64,000 nt of DNA from Eutreptiella sp. 'Long Island Sound 2002' (Eukaryota > Protista > Euglenida), in the NCBI GenBank assembly GCA_964036045.1, contig OZ038379.1, positions 30,070,001 to 30,134,000 of the forward strand. The letters run 5' to 3'. The translations under genes were made by a program, and so were the position numbers. Positions 56,601-64,000 of the stretch are shown in pieces. The notes under the pieces were generated by a model. It did no database searches and was not told the origin of the DNA. It saw nothing but the letters and a program-made list of their open reading frames with translations. Position 1 is the first letter of the stretch, and every line of letters begins with the position of its first letter.

Positions 56601-59600
56601 GTGCATGTTTTGTTGCATTTCACGCAATTTTGCATTCAGAGGCAGGTCCGTCACCCTGCTTATGGACCATGGGAGCACCTCTCGCCTCATGTTTGGATTG
56701 ATAAAAGCAACTCAGTCGCGACACAAGATGAGGGAGAGAATGTGGCAACTGTGTGTGCTTTGTGTTGTCAGAAGCCCTCTTGGACCCCCCCCCCCCCCAA
56801 ACCACATCAAATGGGCCGCGGTGGGCTGCCACCGAAGCTCCAGATCGGCTTGGTGGCCTCGTACAGGAGCAATATGGCCTAAGAGTCCCAATCCTTACCC
56901 ATACCTATACCCCCTAAAGCTGGTTTGGGGGGTGGGTGGGTGCGTGTTGTGGATGCCGTGCGTCGATTTAGAGGACCCTTTGACCAATGGTGGGGATCTC
57001 GGATCTGAACTCGGGTTACCCCGAGTCTCTTGCCGGTGAAGACCTTTTTTGGGCCGTTTCAGGCCAACATGCGTTGGCTTAGAATTTTCAAAATTTGACT
57101 TTTTCCGAAATACCTCTGTCGCCTTTGGGATGGGTTTTGGTGATCATTTGATGCTTGGGCCATACCCCCTTGAAAGCCCAAAAATCCCTCATCATCTCCC
57201 TCCTCTTCATTTTCGACGGCGGCACCTGCTTCGCCTCAGCAGCTAAGCCAACCCGCATTCATCAATGCGGGGTGGCAGGCCAGTTTGCTGGGGCTGGGGC
57301 TGCCCGGTCCTCCCGCTCGGGGAGGACGCCGCTTAGTGGGCAGCCGGATCGGCTCCATGGGAGGGCGAGCATAGAAGAGACCTAGTCCCAACCAGCTTGT
57401 CCCTTGTGGCCGTCGTGCTCCAAAGGTGGGGGGCTTGTATGGGGGGAGGGGGCGCCCGAACTCTGATCGGCCCCCTCTCTCCACCCCTCTACCTCTGTAC
57501 ATAGGTTTGCGGACATTGAAAGGAGTTGTACCCAAAATTGCTATCTTTTAGGCTGTTTAGTGGCACCTAAATTTTTTGTAAAAAATTACTTCTTTTGAAA
57601 TCCTTGTGTTGCCCCTGACATGGGTTTGGGCTATCATGTAGTGACAATACAGATACTCTAGCACTTATGGTGACCCACGTAGTGGTCGCTAGGCTCATGT
57701 AGCCTAGGCCATGGGCCACCTAAAAGCCCTGAAATTGCTGTTTAGTGGCACCTAAAATTTTTCGAAATTTGACCTTTTCCAAAATCCTTATGTCACCTTT
57801 GGGGTGTGTTTGTTGATGTTTGGTGACAATACGGGTACTTGAGCACCCATGGAGACCCACTTCGTGGCCGCTAGGCCCATGTAGCCCACCCAGGCCATGG
57901 CTCTACCGAAAGCCCCCAAAATTCTGTTGTTCAAGCAATCTATGGCACCTGAAAATTTTCCAAAATGTGATTTTTTTTCAAACTTCTTTGGTGCCTTTGG
58001 GCTTGGTTTGGATGGTCAGTTGGTGGCAATATGAGTACTCGAGCACCCATGGGGACCCACGTGGTGGCCTTTAGGCCCATGTAGCCTGAGCCATGGGCCC
58101 CCGAAAAGCCAAAATTGCTGATGGTTTGGTTGTTTTGTGGCGCTTGTTTAGTGAAATTTTTTTAGGATGTGACTTTTCCTGAGCTTCTTTTGTTGCCTCT
58201 GGGATGGGGTTTGGGGATCATTTAGTGACAACATAGGTACTCTAGCACCACCCATGGGGATCCAAGTAGTGGCTTCTAGGCCCATGTAGCCCGGGCCATG
58301 GGCCACCCGAAAGCCTCGAAATTGTGGGTTTTTAGGTTGTTTGCTTCTTGCAAATTTGAATTTTTCTGAAACTATTCTATCGTCTTTGGGATAGGGGTGG
58401 GCGGTCATTTGGTGGCAATCAGGGTAAACCCCACCATCAACACCGGAGCATTCGGTATAATTTTTGCGTTGCCGTTTTTTGTGGGATGGTTTGTTGTAGT
58501 GGGGGGATTCGTTATATTTGGGTACCACAGTGAACTGCAATAAATAGCGTGCGTTATAGTGCCCCCATGTGTGTTCTCTTTTGAACAGAATATGGCTCAA
58601 AGAATCAATGTTGTTTTGCATGATTTTGTTGATGAAAACGTGTTGCCATTTCTTTGCTTGTAGCAGAGGCACACGAGCTAACCATGTAGGCTTTGGAGCC
58701 CACTATATTTGAAAACTTTGTGCAATTTGGCTATATTCACATGAAACACACCGGGCAGATGAAGCTGCTTACCATGCCTAGTGATTACAAGTATGCCAAA
58801 CAGGACGATGTGATCCAGACGCTTCGGGCAACACTTTTGGCTGCTCCAAAGCTGCTTCCCGCTCCTGAGCCTATCGTACAACCCTAGAAAAGGCAGCTTT
58901 CCATTGCTTCATTCTTCTGTCCAAACAACAACTTGCAGTGAAGAGAGACATCGTCCTGCGAAATGGTCCAGTGTAATTGTGTGCATGCTGTCTTAGGTCT
59001 CAGGGTTTGGTGTATTTTGGGGGGTTCATTATAGTGGTGGGGTTCGTTCAACAAGGGGTTGGGGTTTACTCTGGCGCCCATAGGGACGCCCGTGGTGGCT
59101 GCTAGGCCCATCCAACGCACATTTGTTTTGGGGGATTCGTGTTGCCAAGCCACAGATCCAAGCTCCAAAAGTGCTGCTAGGGAGCTCCAAAGTGGTAAGA
59201 AATTATCGATCCGTGTAGGGACAAAGTCTTGCAAATGGCCATGATAATATGTGCCCCCATGTAGCCTGGGCCATGCCCCCCCCGAAAGCCCCAAATCTGT
59301 TGTTTTTGGTTTGGCAATTGGTTGGCTGGTAGCTGCCATTGTGTGGTGAATCAGACCCAGCTCCCATTCCACTATTTTGTTCGATATGTACCCCCTAACC
59401 AATGGTGGTCACTTGGGTGCTATCTCCAACTTTCTGAGATTTGCCCCCCTATGGGTGCCCATCATTTGAAGATGTAGCTATTTTTAGGCCGGCATGGTGA
59501 GCTGAAAAATCGTGACTTCAGGGTGACCTCCCACGACCCCTGCTGTTGGGTGACCATTTTTGACAGTGGGAGTGCATATAAAGCCATGGGGAGTTGTGTA

Positions 59601-61515
59601 GCACCAGCTACGCCCACTGGTGGTGCTTATTGGCCACTGAAAGCGCCGTTTTGGTAGTTGCACTATGGTGGGCAAATCTTGGTTGGAATATAGCTGCCAG
59701 TGTACGACGATTCAGACCCAGGTCCCGTTCTACTTTTTTCTTCTATATGGACCCCCTAACCAATGACGGGGTCCTAGGTGCTATCTCCCACCTTCCAAGA
59801 TAGGCTCCACCGTGGGGCCCAGGCGCTGAGGACTCAGTCGTTTTCAAGCCGGCATGGGTTGGCTGAAAAATTGTGATTGGGGGGTGACCCCCGGGGACCC
59901 TTGGGCTGTTGTCGGGTGAATAGTTAGTCACAGTGGGAAGTGTATAAACTCATGTAGCACCAAATAGGCCCTTGTAATGGTGGTCAAAATATCCTTTTTG
60001 GTGTGTTTCCACTGCAATGGTTGGAACTTCGCTGGCCTGTGGGTTACAACCTTCCCGTGACGTCGCTTGTCTCTCTTCGAGGTGTCTTGCCAAATGCAAT
60101 AGAATTTGTTTTTTGACTTGGGCTTATGGCCTTTTGGGGATGAGCCCCCCAAGGGGTGGGGGTGCGAAAAAATATGATGTAGCGAACCCCCCCCTCCCCC
60201 CCCCTACCCCCCAGACAACCATGTGGCCAGAAATGGCCGGAATTCTGACATCAAGGAAGTCATATTGCAGGGTAATGTTCAAAGGATGCAAGCCAGTTGA
60301 GGTCGGTGCTTTCAGGGATTTGGGTCACTACATCCCCCTTTTCACGTTGTAGGTGGGTTCAAGTTGTGGAATTGTGCATTGGATTTGATTGAGTACTGTA
60401 TTGCAAACAATGTCGTCGTTCCAGGGCACAAGGTGCTGGAGGCTGGGTGTGGGCATGGCCTGCCTGGCCTCTACGCACTGCAGGCCCAGGCCGCTGCGGT
60501 CTGCTTTCAAGTATGCAATCTGCTTGCAGGCTCCAACCTTAGAGTGTGATGAACAACAGGGTATCTTCACCGTCAACTTCAGTGTTTCAGGCTGTGCATG
60601 TGGATTTCTTTGGCTGTGGCAATAATGTACAGTTTTTCATGGCTTAACCACCTCTTCAGAGCTGGCAGGGACAACACCCTCAATAGGAGACGTTGAGCGA
60701 AGTATTGCACATTAATACCGATCTGAGACGCGAGACATATGTTTCCTGGGCACAGGGATATGATTGTTTTGAGCTTCAGCATGGCAGTGATCTGGCCTCA
60801 ATACCAGGCATCAGATATCAAGTTTCTCTGTGTGCCCCCAGTGTTTAATTTTGTTCTCGCAATGGGCCTACCACTGGACGGAGTTATGTGACATGCGCTG
60901 GTGATGTAGATTCCAGAACCCTCTTCGTTGATGTGCCTTAATGTAATATGCTGTTGGATTGTACATTGCCCCCTTGTTGCCATGACTCCACATTCCCTGT
61001 TCTCCGAGAACCGTCTGCAGTGCACGTGATGTTTGGTGCAGGACTACAATTCAGAGGTTCTCCACGAACTGACTATTCCAAATTTGTGCCTGAACTTCTG
61101 CAACGCTGCAGGGCATGCCTCGGGGCATGCATCGGATATGTCCAAGATCATTGCGACACTGCAAGATCGTACCGTTTTCTGGGCAGGGGATTGGGCGGCA
61201 GGATTCCCGCGAAGCTCGCGGCTTGCCGACGAGGGTGGTGTAAAATTCGATGTGATTCTGTGTTCCGATGTGTTGTACACGGCCCAAAGCACTGTGAAGG
61301 TGCTGCAGTTTATCAAATGCAATTTGAAGCCCCACGGCAGCGCGTACATCGGCACCAAATCCTTTTACTTCGGATGTGGAGGAGGGGTGTTGGAGCTGCA
61401 AGAGCTTGTGGACAAAGACAAAACTGTGCAGTTGGAGAGTGTGGCAAAGTTTGGGGAGAGTAATGATTTGCAGCGAGAGATTTTGCGGTTGTATTTTGCA
61501 CCAAGCCAAAGCTAG
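53660..61515 (+). CDS. METTL18: Histidine protein methyltransferase 1 homolog (METTL18/Hpm1), 3 exons (53660-53936, 60353-60510, 61042-61515), 302 aa
   Basis: Spliced frame is 909 nt with GT-AG junctions. Motifs: DIIPNVYEG|GFKLWNCALDL, KVLEAGCGHGLPG (SAM motif I), FQ|DYNSEV, FDVILCSDVLY, YFGCGGG. Confidence 0.9.
55315..55503 (-). pseudogene. PHD-finger-like remnant in METTL18 intron 1
   Basis: YGCGKPGFLCFVKCAVCSWRIHG resembles a decayed C4HC3 finger. Confidence 0.35.
57540..59300. repeat. Tandem array of diverged ~190-200-bp units in METTL18 intron 1, interrupted by an insertion
   Basis: Unit core TTTGGTGACAATACGGGTACTCGAGCACCCATGGGGACCCACGTGGTGGCCGCTAGGCCCATGTAGCC..GCCATGGGCC at ~57640, 57820, 58020 and 58220. 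It resumes after 59073. Confidence 0.85.
58420..59073. mobile_element. 654-bp TIR element nested in the ~190-bp array
   Basis: CAGGGTAAACCCC (58420) and GGGGTTTACTCTG (59061-59073) inverted ends split one array unit; TSD not recognisable. Confidence 0.55.
59350..59990. repeat. Two diverged ~360-bp tandem units
   Basis: CCCCCTAACCAATG..GGTGCTATCTCC..GCCGGCATGG..CTGAAAAAT at ~59390 and ~59750. Confidence 0.7.
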
Positions 61516-63299
61516 TGCACAGTGTTGCTGAAGGCTGCAGGCGGTCGTGTGGCTCTCAGTCCATATGCAGCTCCAAGACGATTATCATGTTCACTCGCCA
61601 GTCTTCATGATTCATGGACTCAGCCACAGAAAAGTCCAGTTACGGAATTCGGTTTAAATCCCAGCTTGGGGGTTGTACTGCTTGTTTTATGGGGGCTCAT
61701 TCTTCGAGGCTGCATGTTCTCCCACGGACGGAAGGAGTTCATGTTGATGGATGCGTTGGGAAGAATGACTGAGGAATGATGCAACGGTGGGCCCCATGGC
61801 ACGAGGCAAGGAACACGGCGGCATCTGAGTCCATCCACAGCCACTGTGTGACACCCTGGATGACAGCTGGTGCATCAGGCGCGTTTATATTTCACTGCAT
61901 GAGGCAAACTGCATGGGGAAGTCTCCAAGAAACAGAAGGCTGAACAACCCCAATCAAAGATTGGTTCTCGTGAACTATTTGGCATTAGAGCCTGAAAACA
62001 CTTCGAAGGCTGCCTGTGGTGCTGTTGCACTGTGCAAGAAGCAGTCTGACGTTCGGCTGCTGGTTGGTGCATGCAGAGTTGGTGAGTGTGCTATGATGGA
62101 ATGACATGCGTGGGCCGTGCGCTGTGGTGTGCCGACAGCCAACAGCAGGGCTGTGGGCACATGGTTACCTTTGTGATTTGCACGACGATTAGATGGCTAT
62201 TCAGGGGAGCCATTGCATTCGGGTGAAGTAAGAACCTGCCACTGGGCACAGCGAGGCCACGTGACGGGTCATAAATGCCAATAGAGTTGTGGATATTTGG
62301 CACGATTTCGGGCTGGAAGAGAGATCGAGGGTCCGATGGAAGTGGGAATGAGGAGGCAGCGGTGTGCAACTCTCACTCTGTAAACTACTACTACCACCAC
62401 TTGCTACCACTAGCTACTAGTACCACTGCCACCTGACAAAGGTATCAATCGTGGCTCATGAGGCTCCTTCCTTCCCTGCTTACCCCCCTGGTTGTCCCGG
62501 TTCCTTGCCTAACAACCCAATTGTCCCCGGTACTAAATGAACAGTCAGTTTTTGCATTGGTCCGCTCTAACCTCAGCATGAGTTCATCCCAAACTGGTAC
62601 ACAGGCATTCTGGCTAGCTAGTCCTGAAGGCCAACACAGCAGCAGCGGCAGTTGCAATGTGAGCAGCACAATAGTCCACAATGGGTTGTGTAGTATGATC
62701 TTCTGGCATTCTTTGAGTGGGAGTTGCATTTGATCGGGTAGTTAGCTTTGGATACGTGGTTGGATACAGGGAGCCACGATGTGGACAACCCAAAGGATTG
62801 TAGTACGCCGCACTAACAAACCCATCCTAGTGCAGGCAAGCATGTCATAATAACCAGCCACGCCACCTGTTATATGGCAAAGAAGCCGTTTTTTGCTTTT
62901 TTTTCGCATCTTTGACCATTTTCCATTGTTTTTGGGCTTTTATGTGTTTTTTCTGTGTCTTTTGGTGTTTTTCACCACATAAACCCACATGTTTGGGCAC
63001 TCCAACTCAAGATTATACCACTTTTTGTGTTTTCTAAATTTGACCACTGCATGCGATTTGCGCAACGCACTCCAATTCTGACAAGTTTCTCAGGTACCCT
63101 CGTAGGTTCAGTTGCGGGTCACTCAATTGTTGCAAGTTCATCATGTACCATCATATGAGCAAGTGTATGAGACATGGGAATCGGAACATAATGAGCCACT
63201 GGGACATGGTTGGGGGCAATGACATGGACCGTGGTGGTTTGATGTGCTATGCAGGTTGCCCAACGGGATGGGGATGATATTATATAAGTAACATCGGCA

Positions 63300-64000
63300 T
63301 GGGGTTGAGTTGGGGACTCCAAGGGAAGGAAGGTGTAATGTGGGGCCAACATGATATGCTGGCGGCACAGGGGAATTTGGGGAAATTGCATAGGAATAGA
63401 GCCGTCACAACGGGAACACTCCGTTGGTTGGAGTAGGGCAGAGAGCGCATCACCAATGGGTTTTGGAAAACGGGGCGTAAAGGGAGTAGAGGTATTGGAA
63501 TAATTATAGAGGAATTGCTTCTCTTCTCTTTCTGTTCAAACACCATGTTGAACCCCCGCCGCACCCCCATTTGGATGCGCCCCACCACCGGTGGCCTGTG
63601 GACCCAATTTACTCACGCTACAGAAGCTGCAAGGTGAACAATGAAAAGGGCATCACTATTTACCACACACAGGTGACATGTGCCGCTGAAAAGCAGAAGG
63701 TATGTGATGGGTGGGAATTTACGGACAAAGACCCGGAGGAGACACCACCACCCTCCCAGTCAGCACCACCTGGCTTGAAGGCCACAACACTAACATCCTT
63801 CTTCACCCCCGCCTCCGCATCCTGTGTTTGTTGCAATGAGAAATTACATGGCACAATTTTGTGGTGCTAGGTTTGTGGCCGCGACGTGCCTGAGATGTGT
63901 CTACAAAACGGGCAGTGCCTTAGTTGCATTTGCCGTGTTTGTGAGTCACCCACCACCTACAAGCATTATGCGCACTTGCAAGAAGTGCCACTGAGGGGTG
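63300..64000 (+). pseudogene. Possible decayed transposase C-terminus followed by a Cys-rich PHD-like finger
   Basis: WGQHDMLAAQGNLGKL (H..GxLG-like segment), then CVCCNEKLHGTILWC*VCGRDVPEMCLQNGQCLSCIC; stops present. Confidence 0.3.

Noticed and set aside
53660-61515. METTL18-like gene as part of a carnitine gene cluster supplying trimethyllysine
   Set aside because: Its motifs (VYEGGxKxW, YFGxGGG) are those of the Hpm1/METTL18 histidine methyltransferase, not a lysine trimethylase. It lies 17 kb away across repeats, so adjacency alone is not evidence.

Overview
Repeat-rich, intron-rich eukaryotic (protist-like, possibly euglenid; taxon not determinable here) genomic DNA. The six-frame ORF track is mostly uninformative, but manual splicing reveals two host genes on the + strand. 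(1) A 17-exon gene (<1-36592, 5' end outside the window). All 16 introns are phase-compatible: 15 GT-AG and one 12.3-kb GC-AG. It gives one open frame of 611 aa: the C-terminal 219 aa of a PLP-dependent low-specificity threonine aldolase (GLY1/LtaE/THA1 family) joined in frame to a 392-aa trimethyllysine dioxygenase-like (TMLHE-type) Fe(II)/2OG enzyme. These match steps 2 and 1 of carnitine biosynthesis, apparently in one polypeptide, and this is the main finding. (2) A 3-exon METTL18/Hpm1-like histidine methyltransferase (53660-61515, 302 aa). Introns and intergenic DNA hold transposon relics: a CMC-type DDE transposase with cargo ORFs and palindromic spacers, and an internally deleted hAT element with a CGGBP1-like zinc finger flanked by 567-bp direct repeats. 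There are also two 8-bp-TSD MITEs carrying a tRNA-like Pol III cassette, a MULE-like element carrying a Ulp1-like protease, TA-target MITEs, LINE fragments, a PDI/thioredoxin pseudogene and several satellites. All translations and alignments were done by eye; no database searches were run.
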